Shown here piece by piece: positions 11,115 to 20,532 of a stretch of 64,000 bases of DNA (within the stretch, counting starts at the first letter, position 1; every line of letters begins with the position of its first letter). This stretch comes from Lysobacterales bacterium (lineage in GTDB: Bacteria; Pseudomonadota; Gammaproteobacteria; Xanthomonadales; SZUA-5): NCBI GenBank assembly GCA_022844165.1, contig JALHMH010000005.1, forward strand, positions 1 through 64,000, written 5' to 3'. Under the pieces are notes generated by a model. It was not told where the DNA came from. It saw nothing but the letters and a program-made list of their open reading frames with translations, and did no database searches. The position numbers and the translations under genes are program-made.

Positions 11115-11795
11115 ATGCCGAACTTCCTGCGCCTGCTGGTCATCTTTACTTGGGTCACGCTCTGTGCGTGTACGCCTAAACCATCCGCGGAGACGATTGA
11201 GCGGGTGCGCGCGGATGCGAATCGGGTGTTCGATGAGTTCGATCCGATGTGCATTTATCAAGGGCCGTTTCCGTGGCGGCAGCGGGATCAGTTCATTGGA
11301 TGCGACCGTTGTGATGAGCTGGTTCGCGCGGGTTTGGTGACAAAACGGGTCGTGGAGGGCGAATCCACTTTAGAACTGACGGCTGAAGGCAAAGCGCTGT
11401 ATCGCAACGACGTCGACGTGGCGTACAAAACGGTGGTGGAGGAGCGTCGGCGACAGTTGGGTTCCACGGATGCGCCGCCGCCGGAGAAAGCGTTCAAGCG
11501 TCCACGCTTGTGCTTTGGCAAGACGCGCTTTCATTCAATCACTGAAATGCTGGCGCCGATGGGCGATGGCAGCGAGAAGTTTCAGAGCTTCAAGATCGTG
11601 CGCGAGGTGACGGACGTCAAACCGCAGCTCTACGACGCGGCATACGCCGAGTTCACGGCTGGCTGCAATCGGCGCCCCGAGGGCAGCAAGCCGGCGCTGT
11701 GCGATGCGGCGATCTACAATTTTGTGTACTACGGCGATGGCCTTGTCGAACTGCGCAATGACGTGCGCTATGGCGCGTGGGTGAATGAGCCGTAG
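11115..11795 (+). CDS. Hypothetical lipoprotein
   Basis: Lipobox-like TLCAC after hydrophobic N-terminus; Cys-rich (CDRC). Confidence 0.65.
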   Translation: MPNFLRLLVIFTWVTLCACTPKPSAETIERVRADANRVFDEFDPMCIYQGPFPWRQRDQFIGCDRCDELVRAGLVTKRVVEGESTLELTAEGKALYRNDVDVAYKTVVEERRRQLGSTDAPPPEKAFKRPRLCFGKTRFHSITEMLAPMGDGSEKFQSFKIVREVTDVKPQLYDAAYAEFTAGCNRRPEGSKPALCDAAIYNFVYYGDGLVELRNDVRYGAWVNEP

Positions 11796-11908
11796 CACTT
11801 TTTGCGCGGTGACGGACCTGATTCTGATTGAGTTGGCGCCTTTCGACTTGCCAAAGCCGTTGAACTCGATAAGAGTAGCGCGGCTTGAACGGGCTTTTAG
11901 GGGGCCAG

Positions 11909-13030
11909 GTGAATCAGTGGTATTACGCAGATCAGGGGCAGCAACGTGGGCCGGTGGGCGAGTTGGAGTTGATCGAAATGCGCCGGCTCGGCTCAGTCAA
12001 CGACAACACCCTGGTCTGGCGTGAGGGCATGGCGGAGTGGAAACGATTCGCGGTGTGTCTCGAAGCACCAACAGATCGCATCTCGCCGCCGCCAAGCCCC
12101 TTTGCTCCACCCAGAGCCCCCGTGTACGAAGCGCCGCTCGGCTCGGCGGTGCACGGCGGCCCCGTTGTTTATGGTGGCTTCTTGCGCCGATGGGTGGCGT
12201 TAATCGTCGATGCGATCATTCTCTATCTGCCGCTGATGGTTGTGGCTGCGGTGATGGGCGCGGTGCTCGGACCTGCCATGGAAGGCAACAGCGCAGCCGG
12301 GCTGCTCTATTTGATGTGGCTACTTTGCGTGCCCTGCTATTACGCGTTTCTCGAGAGCTCGTCGTGGCAAGCCACGCTCGGCAAGCGACTGCTGGGCATT
12401 AAGGTTGTCGATCTGGAAGGGCAACGGATCAGCTTTGGCCGGGCGCTCGGGCGCTGGTTTGCTGCAAGCTTGTCCTACTTGACGTTGTATATCGGCTTTT
12501 TGCTGGCAGCGCTCACGGATCGCAAACAGGCGCTGCATGATTTTATTGCGAGTACGCTGGTGGTCGATCGTTGGGCGTACACAGATTCGCCGGAGAGACA
12601 GCAGCAGCGGCTTCCTGCGCTGGTGATCGTATTGATCCTCGGATTGGTGTTGATCGTGCCGCTGTCCATTCTCGCGGCGATTGCGATTCCCGCTTACAAC
12701 GATTACCTGCTGCGCGCAAAAGGCGCCGAAGTCCTGGGATCTGCTTCGCCGGCGAAGCTGGCCGTAACGGAGTTTGTCTTCAGCGAATCACGGTGTCCGC
12801 AAGACTGGGCTGAGCTGCCGAGGGGTTCACAACCCGTGTCGCCGCTGATCGGCGAGAGTCTGGTCGGCGAGTTCGATGGCGGTGGCTGCGGGATCGAGAT
12901 CAAACTCGCGAACTCGGCGCCGGCCAAATTGGCCGGCAACCATTTCTATCTGAGTTTCGATTCGGACTCGAACGCCTGGACATGTTCATCGGACATCGAT
13001 TCTCGTTATCTGCCCTCGGGTTGCCGGTGA
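11909..13030 (+). CDS. GYF_2(DUF4339)-RDD-pilin domain fusion protein
   Basis: WYY...QRGPV...TLVWREGMAEW; RDD motifs GFLRRWVALIVD, ATLGKRLLGIKVVD, KQALHD; pilin-like ILAAIAIPAYNDYLLRAK with terminal disulfide loop. Confidence 0.88.
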   Translation: MNQWYYADQGQQRGPVGELELIEMRRLGSVNDNTLVWREGMAEWKRFAVCLEAPTDRISPPPSPFAPPRAPVYEAPLGSAVHGGPVVYGGFLRRWVALIVDAIILYLPLMVVAAVMGAVLGPAMEGNSAAGLLYLMWLLCVPCYYAFLESSSWQATLGKRLLGIKVVDLEGQRISFGRALGRWFAASLSYLTLYIGFLLAALTDRKQALHDFIASTLVVDRWAYTDSPERQQQRLPALVIVLILGLVLIVPLSILAAIAIPAYNDYLLRAKGAEVLGSASPAKLAVTEFVFSESRCPQDWAELPRGSQPVSPLIGESLVGEFDGGGCGIEIKLANSAPAKLAGNHFYLSFDSDSNAWTCSSDIDSRYLPSGCR

Positions 13031-13034
13031 CGTT

Positions 13035-13817
13035 CTAAGTTCGTGGCAACCAGGCGGCGACGCGCCCGATGGCGACGCCCTTTGGCCCAAAACTGCGCTC
13101 CTCGAACCACAGGCCCGCGTCATCGCCGAGTATCACGGTGCTGGCGCGTGTGCCGTAGTCGGCGCCGACGATGAACGCCGCGGAGAGCCGTTTTTCCCAA
13201 TCGAAAGGCACGCCGGTGTTGGGCAATTCGGCGTCCTCGGCGAGCGTTGGATCGGCCAGGGCGGAGAACAGCGAATCGAGAAGTATCGAGTTGTCTACCG
13301 GATGTTCGGTGGCAGGCGTCTGCTCTAACCACTTGCCCAACGCGGCGCGAATCTTCAGGGTTTTTGGCCATGGGGTGTCGAGCGTTGCGTTGCTCAAACC
13401 GTAGAGGCCGGGCGAGAGCATTCGCGCGCGGGGCGCCGGATGATTCCCGACGAAAAACGCATCGCCATCCCAGAGCAGCAGATTGAAGCGGCCGAACTCC
13501 GTGGCGTTCGCCAGCAGCCGCTGTGCGGTGTCGGCGGCGGAATCAGCGCTCGCGATAAAGTTCTGCACCAGCGCGCCGCGGGAGCGCGCTGCTGGCTCGG
13601 GCCGTCCCGTTCGCACATTGGTCACAGCCGCGAGCCGGCCCTCTGCAGAGACTTGCAACCAACCGCCGCCCGCTTGCAAATCGACGCCACCGAAAGCGCG
13701 CCCGCCGCCGAGCGGCCCGGCCGCTGCCGTCGGTCGTGCGTGAAACTCATCGCGATTACCGGCGAGCGCGAATCGCCAGCGCGAGTGCGCATGCAACGCA
13801 AATGCGATCAGGCACAT
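13035..13817 (-). CDS. NRDE/TANGO2 family protein
   Basis: MCLIAF, NRDEFHARPT, SNATLDTPWPK, YGTRASTVI. Confidence 0.93.
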   Translation of the reverse strand: MCLIAFALHAHSRWRFALAGNRDEFHARPTAAAGPLGGGRAFGGVDLQAGGGWLQVSAEGRLAAVTNVRTGRPEPAARSRGALVQNFIASADSAADTAQRLLANATEFGRFNLLLWDGDAFFVGNHPAPRARMLSPGLYGLSNATLDTPWPKTLKIRAALGKWLEQTPATEHPVDNSILLDSLFSALADPTLAEDAELPNTGVPFDWEKRLSAAFIVGADYGTRASTVILGDDAGLWFEERSFGPKGVAIGRVAAWLPRT

Positions 13818-13823
13818 GAGGTA

Positions 13824-14459
13824 TCAGGCGCTCGTTGGGTTCAGCGGATCATGCCCGACATAGGCATTCGCCTGGTCGTCGAAACGCTGCAACAACCGCA
13901 TCAGCGCGAGCGCCTCCTCCACATAGCTGTGATAGTCGTATTGGCGCATGGCCATGACGCCGACACTGCTGGAGGGCGGCAGACGATCCTCGCGCACCAT
14001 CGCACGGGCATTGGGCAGGAATATGCACTGCAACCACAGTTCGAAACTCGGCGCATCGAGATCCGACCGGATTTCGCCACGCGCGACGAGGGCCTGCAAG
14101 TCAGGCGGATCGTTTTGCCAATAACCGATCTGGCGCATTTCTGCTTCGATGGCATCCAGCGTGGCTGCCATCCTGGCCAAGGCTTCGCTGCGTTGCGCCT
14201 GGGTCAGAGGTTTTTTGCCCAGGCCACTTAGTTTGCGGAAGACCCAGTTCATCGCACGGTCTGCGCCCCAGAAGAGCATGAGCACAGCGCCAACACCGAA
14301 ACCCGACCACGCGCCAATGCGAAGACTGCTTGGCCAATCGGCCTGCGCGGCAAAATGCAGCAATGGCGGCAATACGACCAGACAAAACAGCGCTGCGCCC
14401 AGCGCGATTCGCCACATGCGGCCAAAACTTGATGAACCAGGGCCACGGACGGAAGTCAA
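13824..14459 (-). CDS. YqcC-family protein with N-terminal membrane segment
   Basis: AIEAEMRQIGYWQ, FELWLQCIFLPNA, LPPSSSVG; two hydrophobic helices at N-terminus; start uncertain. Confidence 0.7.
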   Translation of the reverse strand: MTSVRGPGSSSFGRMWRIALGAALFCLVVLPPLLHFAAQADWPSSLRIGAWSGFGVGAVLMLFWGADRAMNWVFRKLSGLGKKPLTQAQRSEALARMAATLDAIEAEMRQIGYWQNDPPDLQALVARGEIRSDLDAPSFELWLQCIFLPNARAMVREDRLPPSSSVGVMAMRQYDYHSYVEEALALMRLLQRFDDQANAYVGHDPLNPTSA

Positions 14460-14602
14460 ATCGAGTCTCCAGCACGTTGTTGAGAAACACTGTCGCTAAA
14501 ATGGCTACGCCACGACCGGCATCGCTCTCTTGACCTTTAGCATTCAATCCCAATTTCCTAACGCTCACACGCGAATCCGCGTGCCATACCTTGCGCGAAC
14601 TC

Positions 14603-16627
14603 ATGAATCCACTGCTCGAAACCACCGACCTTCCCTCGTTCGACACCATCGCGCCGGAACATGCGGTACCCGCGGTGGAGACCGTCATCGCCGAATATCA
14701 AGCGCTGGTCGATCAGCTGACCTCACTTGGCAACGACACGTGGGATACGTTGATTGCGCCGCTGGAAGCGATCGACGCCAAACTGGAACGCGCGTTCAGT
14801 CCGGTATCGCACCTGCACTCGGTCATGGATTCGCCCGCATGGCGCGAGGCGCACGAAATCGCTCAGGACAAGATCACCGAATTTCAGGCGGCGCTGGGGC
14901 AAAACCGCGCTTTGTACGACGCCTATCGCGCACTCAAAGCCGCGCCGGAGTATCAAAGCTACGCACGCGAACGTGTGGCTGTGATCGAACATGCGCTGCG
15001 CGATTTTGAGTTGTCTGGTGTTGCGCTCGATGAGCCGATGCGCACGCGCTTTCGCGACATCGCGCGGGAGTCCTCGCAGTTGGAGACGGCGTTCGAGCAG
15101 GCGGTCATGGACGCCACGGACGCCTGGCAGCATCCGTTGAGCGAAGCCGAACTGGACGGCATCCCGGACAGCGAACGCGCAGTGTTGGCGCAAGCGGCGC
15201 GCGACAAACAACTCGATGGCCATTTGCTGACACTGCAGCAACCGGCCTACCACGCGGTCATCACCTACGCCACACATCGCGAGCTGCGCGCGCAAGCCTA
15301 TCGCGCTTATCAAACGCGGGCTTCGGATCAAGGGCCGCATGCAGGTCAGTTCGACAACGCCGAGCGCATCGAAAAAATCATGGCGCTGCGCCATGAGGCC
15401 GCGCAGTTATTAGGTTTCGCGAACGCCGCCGCAATGTCGTTGGCAACCAAAATGGCGCCGAATGCTGACCGTGTGCTCGCGTTCCTGCGCGATCTGGCGA
15501 CGAAGGCCAAACCGGGCGCAAAACGCGATCTCGAGGAACTGGCGACGTTTGCGGCCGCCGAACTGGGCATCGACGATCTGCGACCGTGGGACGTGCCTTT
15601 CGCCTCTGAGAAACTGCGCGAGCGCCGCTACGCGCTGTCGGACGAAGAGCTGAAACCGTACTTTCCGCTCGATGCCGTGATGGCTGGCCTGTTCCGCATC
15701 GTCGAGGAAGCGTTCGGCGCGCGCATTGTACCGCGCGCCGATGTCAGCGTGTGGCATGCGGATGTTCAATATTGCGACGTGTACGCTGAGTCCGGGCAAC
15801 GCATCGCCGGGCTGTATCTGGATCCTTACGCGCGCGCCAAAAAACGCGGCGGCGCGTGGATGGACACCTGCCGTTCGCGCTTCGTGTCGAAGCACGCCAG
15901 TTCTTTGCCGATTGCCTATCTCACCTGCAATTTTGCGCCGCCGACCCAGGGTAAACCGTCGTTGCTGACGCACGACGATGTCACCACCCTGTTTCACGAA
16001 TTTGGCCATGGCCTGCATCACATGCTGACGCGCATCGATGCGCGCGATGTATCAGGTATTTCCGGCGTCGAATGGGATGCGGTGGAATTGCCCAGCCAGT
16101 TCATGGAGAACTTCTGTTGGACGCGCGCGGGCCTCGATCGCTTTGCACGGCACGTCGACAGCGGCGCGCCGATGCCGGAGGATCTGTTTCAGCGTCTGCT
16201 GGCCACCCGGCATTTCCAGTCGGGCCTGTTCCTGGTGCGCCAGCTCGAGTTCGGCCTGTTCGATTTTTTGTTGCACTTGAACTACGCCCCGGATTCCGGC
16301 GCACGGGTACTGGAAACACTGGCCACTGTGCGTCAGGAAGTGGCTGTCATTCATCCGCCGGAATGGCAACGCTTTCCGATGAGCTTTGGACATGTCTTCG
16401 CCGGTGGTTACGCCGCCGGTTACTACAGCTATTTGTGGGCCGAAGTGCTGTCGGCCGATGCCTTTGCGGCCTTCGGCGATGGCATCGATGCCGCAGCAGG
16501 ACGGCGCTTTCTCAACGAGGTGTTGTGTGTGGGCGGCAGCCGCCCGGCCCTCGAGAGTTTCGTCGCCTTCCGCGGCCGTGAGCCCATCGTCGAGCCGCTA
16601 CTGGCGAGTTATGGGCTGGCTGATTGA
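14603..16627 (+). CDS. prlC: Oligopeptidase A (M3 metallopeptidase)
   Basis: MNPLL, KRGGAWM, TLFHEFGHGLHH, WDAVELPSQFMEN, GYAAGYYSYLWAEVLSAD. Confidence 0.95.
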   Translation: MNPLLETTDLPSFDTIAPEHAVPAVETVIAEYQALVDQLTSLGNDTWDTLIAPLEAIDAKLERAFSPVSHLHSVMDSPAWREAHEIAQDKITEFQAALGQNRALYDAYRALKAAPEYQSYARERVAVIEHALRDFELSGVALDEPMRTRFRDIARESSQLETAFEQAVMDATDAWQHPLSEAELDGIPDSERAVLAQAARDKQLDGHLLTLQQPAYHAVITYATHRELRAQAYRAYQTRASDQGPHAGQFDNAERIEKIMALRHEAAQLLGFANAAAMSLATKMAPNADRVLAFLRDLATKAKPGAKRDLEELATFAAAELGIDDLRPWDVPFASEKLRERRYALSDEELKPYFPLDAVMAGLFRIVEEAFGARIVPRADVSVWHADVQYCDVYAESGQRIAGLYLDPYARAKKRGGAWMDTCRSRFVSKHASSLPIAYLTCNFAPPTQGKPSLLTHDDVTTLFHEFGHGLHHMLTRIDARDVSGISGVEWDAVELPSQFMENFCWTRAGLDRFARHVDSGAPMPEDLFQRLLATRHFQSGLFLVRQLEFGLFDFLLHLNYAPDSGARVLETLATVRQEVAVIHPPEWQRFPMSFGHVFAGGYAAGYYSYLWAEVLSADAFAAFGDGIDAAAGRRFLNEVLCVGGSRPALESFVAFRGREPIVEPLLASYGLAD

Positions 16628-16649
16628 AGACGCCAGCTCAATTTCTGAA

Positions 16650-17282
16650 TTAGAAAGCGAAGCGCAAGCCCGCGAGCAGACTCACGGTCTTGATGCGCGT
16701 TTCGCCGTCGAATCGCACATCGCCGATGTCGTAGGTCACATCGTTAGCGCGCACATAACCGTAGCGCGCATCCATGGTCAGTGTCAGCTGATCGGACAAG
16801 GGTAGTGCTAAGCCAACCATGGCCTGCAGACCGATCGCGTTGTCGTCTTCGCCACGGAGGCCTATAACGCTGGATGCATCGTCAATATCGACCGATGCCC
16901 AGCCCGCACCAGCGCCAAAGTAGGGCCTGAGCGATGAGCCCTCAATGGGCACCTCGTAAAGTGCGTTGAGCATGACCGTGCGCACATCGACGCGCCCGCC
17001 CAAGGCTTCGAGCCCTAACGCGGGCAAAGCGTCGATATCTTGTCGGCGCAGCATCGCCTCCAGCTCGAAGCGCCAGGCGGCACTGAACTTGCGCCCGAAT
17101 GCGGCACCGAACCCCAGGTCGCGATCCAGGCTCAGTTCGCCAAGAACTGGTCCTGCATCGATGTCGATGTCCGAAGCATCGTCATAGCTGATCCGGGCAT
17201 CGACGTAGAAATCGTTGGCGTGCACGTTGGGCGACGCAACAATGGCACCCAGCAGCGCCGCAAGAGAAAGACCGCTGTGCAT
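16650..17282 (-). CDS. Outer-membrane beta-barrel protein (OmpA-like/opacity fold)
   Basis: Signal peptide, alternating beta strands, RPYFGAGAG, C-terminal GLRFAF. Confidence 0.85.
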   Translation of the reverse strand: MHSGLSLAALLGAIVASPNVHANDFYVDARISYDDASDIDIDAGPVLGELSLDRDLGFGAAFGRKFSAAWRFELEAMLRRQDIDALPALGLEALGGRVDVRTVMLNALYEVPIEGSSLRPYFGAGAGWASVDIDDASSVIGLRGEDDNAIGLQAMVGLALPLSDQLTLTMDARYGYVRANDVTYDIGDVRFDGETRIKTVSLLAGLRFAF

Positions 17283-17321
17283 GATGATGAGATCCTCGCT
17301 GACACGCAAAAAACGGACAGA

Positions 17322-19100
17322 TCAACCGAAGCGCCGAGCGCCGGCCTGCACTGTCAGAGTGCGATCCACAACAGCCGTGTAATTGGTGTTGAAGACGTTG
17401 CTGACCAGAATCCACTGGGCCTGTGCGCGTTCGCGCGTGATGTCCAACAACACAAAGCCACGCCGCGATGTTTCGGCATACACCAGTTGATCCACGCGCG
17501 TCTGTGCAGGCGCGCTGTTGCTCTCCACGATCACCGCAGACAGCGCTGGCGATGGGATATCGGGCAACGCTTCCTCGAAGCCTGGCGACGAAACCGATGG
17601 CGTTGCCAATTCAACACCCACGTTGACGATGCCGGTCGCGGTGGGCAGGCGCAGATTGGCCGCCCAGGAGTTGTGACTATCGCCCGTGAGGACCAGCGGG
17701 TTACGGGCCGCCTGCAACAACGTACCCAGAAGCCGCGTTCGGGCAGTCGGATACGCAGCCCAACTATCGGCGACAAAGTCGTACAGCGGCAACCCGGCAC
17801 GAGCCAGTTGATTATATTGCGCCAGTCCAGCAGGGCCGCCCAGGAGTTGCTGAATGCCGGCAACCAGCGCGTCCCGGACTGCGGCCGGCAGCACGCGCGT
17901 GTCCGAGAAATTAGGCGCCGACTGAAAGTGAAGCAGCGTCTGATTGCCGATGATCTGCCAGGGTGCCGTGCTGGTCGACAGTTGCGACTGTATGAAGGCC
18001 TCCTGCTCAGCGCTCATCATGCGACGCGAGCGTGTGCTACCGGGAACCACGTCGGCGGGAAAGGTACCGTCGGGTCGTGCGGTCAGATAGAACGACAAAA
18101 ACTGGTCCTGACTGACCGCATACTGATCGCGCCCCTCGATTCGCGTGTCCAGCATCACCAGCCGTGCCAGATTGCCGAAATCGAAGGCGCGCCAAATGCG
18201 CAGGCGATTACCGTCGAGCGCGGTGCGAATTGGCATCCATTCGTGGTAGGCGCGCGTCGAATCGAGCAAGCGCGTCTCCCATGAACCCTCGTTCGGCTGA
18301 TGGTTTTCGGCACCATTGCGCCAACTGTCGTTGGTCGATTCGTGATCGTCCCAAACCATAATCCATGGATTCTTCCGATGCAGCTCCTGTAGATCGGCAT
18401 CGCTCCGGTACAGCGCATAACGTTGGCGATAGTCGGCGAGCGTAATGGTCTCGTTACGTGGGTTCAGTTGTTCGATCCGCGGTTGCGTAACGGCCTGTCC
18501 AACGCTGTTCCGACCCACCGCAAGACCGGGCGTCTGATAGCCCGTCGGGCCGTACTCGTAGATGTAATCGCCCAGATGCAACACGGCGTTGAGATCGTCG
18601 CGCTGTGCCGCTTCGCGATAGACGTTAAAGAACCCCTTCGGATGATTGGAGCATGAGAAGAACGCCAGCTTGATATTGGCCACATCGCCAACAGGCAGTG
18701 TGCGGGTAATGCCCACCGCAGACCGACGATCGCGATATACGAACTGGTAGTAATACGTCTTGCCCGGCTCGAGGCCGGCAGCATCGACTTTGCAACACCC
18801 ATCGTTCTCCGGGCTGGATAGTACCAGACCGCCCGCGACCGGGCGCCGCATATCGGCGCGCTCAGAAATCGACCAGAACACATAGAAGCTCGTGCCAGAC
18901 CCTGCCGCCACAGCACGCGTCCACAAAATTACCCGATTCGCAAGCGGATCGCCGCTGGCGACGCCATGCGTAAACGACACATCAAGAACCGGCTCGCGGG
19001 CAAACGCCCTGGAATTGACGCCAGCAGTCGCGATCGGCGCCAAACCAGCTGCAAGAGCGCCGCGCAGCACGCGGCGGCGAGTGGAGAACAGGTCGGTCAC
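17322..19100 (-). CDS. phoD: Alkaline phosphatase D, Tat-exported (long form)
   Basis: Twin-Arg STRRRVL, FTHGVASGDP, HLGDYIYE, WDDHE, LTGDSHNSW. Confidence 0.93.
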   Translation of the reverse strand: MTDLFSTRRRVLRGALAAGLAPIATAGVNSRAFAREPVLDVSFTHGVASGDPLANRVILWTRAVAAGSGTSFYVFWSISERADMRRPVAGGLVLSSPENDGCCKVDAAGLEPGKTYYYQFVYRDRRSAVGITRTLPVGDVANIKLAFFSCSNHPKGFFNVYREAAQRDDLNAVLHLGDYIYEYGPTGYQTPGLAVGRNSVGQAVTQPRIEQLNPRNETITLADYRQRYALYRSDADLQELHRKNPWIMVWDDHESTNDSWRNGAENHQPNEGSWETRLLDSTRAYHEWMPIRTALDGNRLRIWRAFDFGNLARLVMLDTRIEGRDQYAVSQDQFLSFYLTARPDGTFPADVVPGSTRSRRMMSAEQEAFIQSQLSTSTAPWQIIGNQTLLHFQSAPNFSDTRVLPAAVRDALVAGIQQLLGGPAGLAQYNQLARAGLPLYDFVADSWAAYPTARTRLLGTLLQAARNPLVLTGDSHNSWAANLRLPTATGIVNVGVELATPSVSSPGFEEALPDIPSPALSAVIVESNSAPAQTRVDQLVYAETSRRGFVLLDITRERAQAQWILVSNVFNTNYTAVVDRTLTVQAGARRFG

Positions 19101-19144
19101 GAATAAGCCTCCAGGAAGCAATGCCGACAGGCTGCGGCCTCGCG

Positions 19145-19173
19145 ATGACCGACCGATGACATCCGGATTGCAG
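19145..19173 (-). promoter_or_regulatory. Putative Pho box (PhoB site) upstream of phoD
   Basis: Minus strand reads CTGCAAT-CCGG-ATGTCAT-CGGT-CGGTCAT: three CTGTCAT-like units at 11-nt period. Confidence 0.65.
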
Positions 19174-19209
19174 TTTGGTCCGCCCGAAACGGACAATCGA
19201 CCGTTTGAC

Positions 19210-20301
19210 TCAGGCGAGTCCCAGAAATTCGTTCACACGTTGCAACTCATCTTCGAAAGCGGTTTCGAAGTCGGATCCGTTGGGGCGGCCAGCCACATAT
19301 CCTGGGTCGACGATCAGGCGCTGATTGCGGACCGCCAGATTGCACCAGCCGATGACGCGGTCGCCCCACAACATGGGCAGCGCGTAGTGCCCCATTTTGC
19401 GTTTCGCTGCGGGTGTGTATGCCTCAAAGCGGTAGGCCCAGCCCCAGAAGACCTCGAAACGCCGACGATCCCAGACCACGGGATCGAACGGTGCCAGCAA
19501 ACGCAGCAGCGGCGCTCGAACGCGCCATCGCGGCGCCGCTGGATTCTCCTCCGCCGGCCAATACCAGTCGATGCCCTGGACATGCGCATGCGCCAGCCGC
19601 GACTGTGCATCCGCCATGGCGCGACGGCGATCCGCCTGCCACTGCGGCACCGCCATCCGCAAAGCGCCGATCAGTTGTCGCAACGATTGCGCCGGCAGGG
19701 GTGCGTAGGTGGCAGCGATCAAGTCCACGAGCGCATCCATGCGCGCCGTTGCGATGCGGGGATCGCCGGAATTCGGCCAGGGCGTACGCGCCACGTAGAC
19801 GCGCGTACCGGCTTCGCGACGCGCCACACGCAACAGCCCACGATAGTGCAGTCCATCGAGCAACTCGGTGCTGGCATTCGACGAACCGCCAAACCAATTG
19901 CGGACCTTGCCGTGGTTGAAATGCGCATCGACCTGCCGCGGATGTACCTCCCCACGCTCCCGCACGTACGCCAGCACCAGATTCGCCTGGTTCCAGCGAG
20001 ACTCAGGCCATGGCGTTTGAGGGGTTCGCGGGTGCATCAACGCATGGTGCTCAGCGCCAAGAAATCCGTAGTTGACGAAAAAGTCCTCTTCAATCGCTAA
20101 GCGCGGATAACGCTGCTCCAGATCGCCTGCCCGATAACCAGTCACACGATGGCGCAGAATCAAGTCCTGCGCGCGTGCCGGAGCCCGCAGCGGGTCGGCC
20201 TGCAAAAACCCGAGTTGCGCCAGCGCACGCGCCAGACTCGTCGGCTTGAACAGCGTGCGCGCAAGGGCGTAACGGCGAAGGCGCTCGAGTGTCAAAGGCA
20301 T
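19210..20301 (-). CDS. YcaQ/AlkZ-family (HTH_42) DNA crosslink-repair glycosylase
   Basis: LGFLQADP (QxD), RAQDLIL, LLAPFDPVVWDRRR, YRFEAYTP..KRKMGHYALPML. Confidence 0.9.
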   Translation of the reverse strand: MPLTLERLRRYALARTLFKPTSLARALAQLGFLQADPLRAPARAQDLILRHRVTGYRAGDLEQRYPRLAIEEDFFVNYGFLGAEHHALMHPRTPQTPWPESRWNQANLVLAYVRERGEVHPRQVDAHFNHGKVRNWFGGSSNASTELLDGLHYRGLLRVARREAGTRVYVARTPWPNSGDPRIATARMDALVDLIAATYAPLPAQSLRQLIGALRMAVPQWQADRRRAMADAQSRLAHAHVQGIDWYWPAEENPAAPRWRVRAPLLRLLAPFDPVVWDRRRFEVFWGWAYRFEAYTPAAKRKMGHYALPMLWGDRVIGWCNLAVRNQRLIVDPGYVAGRPNGSDFETAFEDELQRVNEFLGLA

Positions 20302-20392
20302 AACAGTCGCATGGTTCGATGGGAGAACATAAAGTCACCTCTTACTTGGCGCGCATCGCGGTCAAAGGCATAACAGTCGCATGGTTCGATGG
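20291..20392. repeat. Exact 32-bp direct repeat x2 with 38-bp spacer
   Basis: GTCAAAGGCATAACAGTCGCATGGTTCGATGG at 20291-20322 and 20361-20392. Confidence 0.95.
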
Positions 20393-20532
20393 CAATCTAT
20401 GACCGGATCAGCCGAGGCATCGCTGGCCAATTTACGTAACGAGCCCTGCTGGCACGAGTGGTAACATCCGGATGTTGGCGAACGCTCATCGGCATTCTGC
20501 ACGTTACTTCCAAGAACATACTGAGGATTTCG

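Noticed and set aside
20291-20392. CRISPR array interpretation of the 32-bp repeat pair
   Set aside because: Only two units, no cas genes or leader, and the repeat includes a gene start codon
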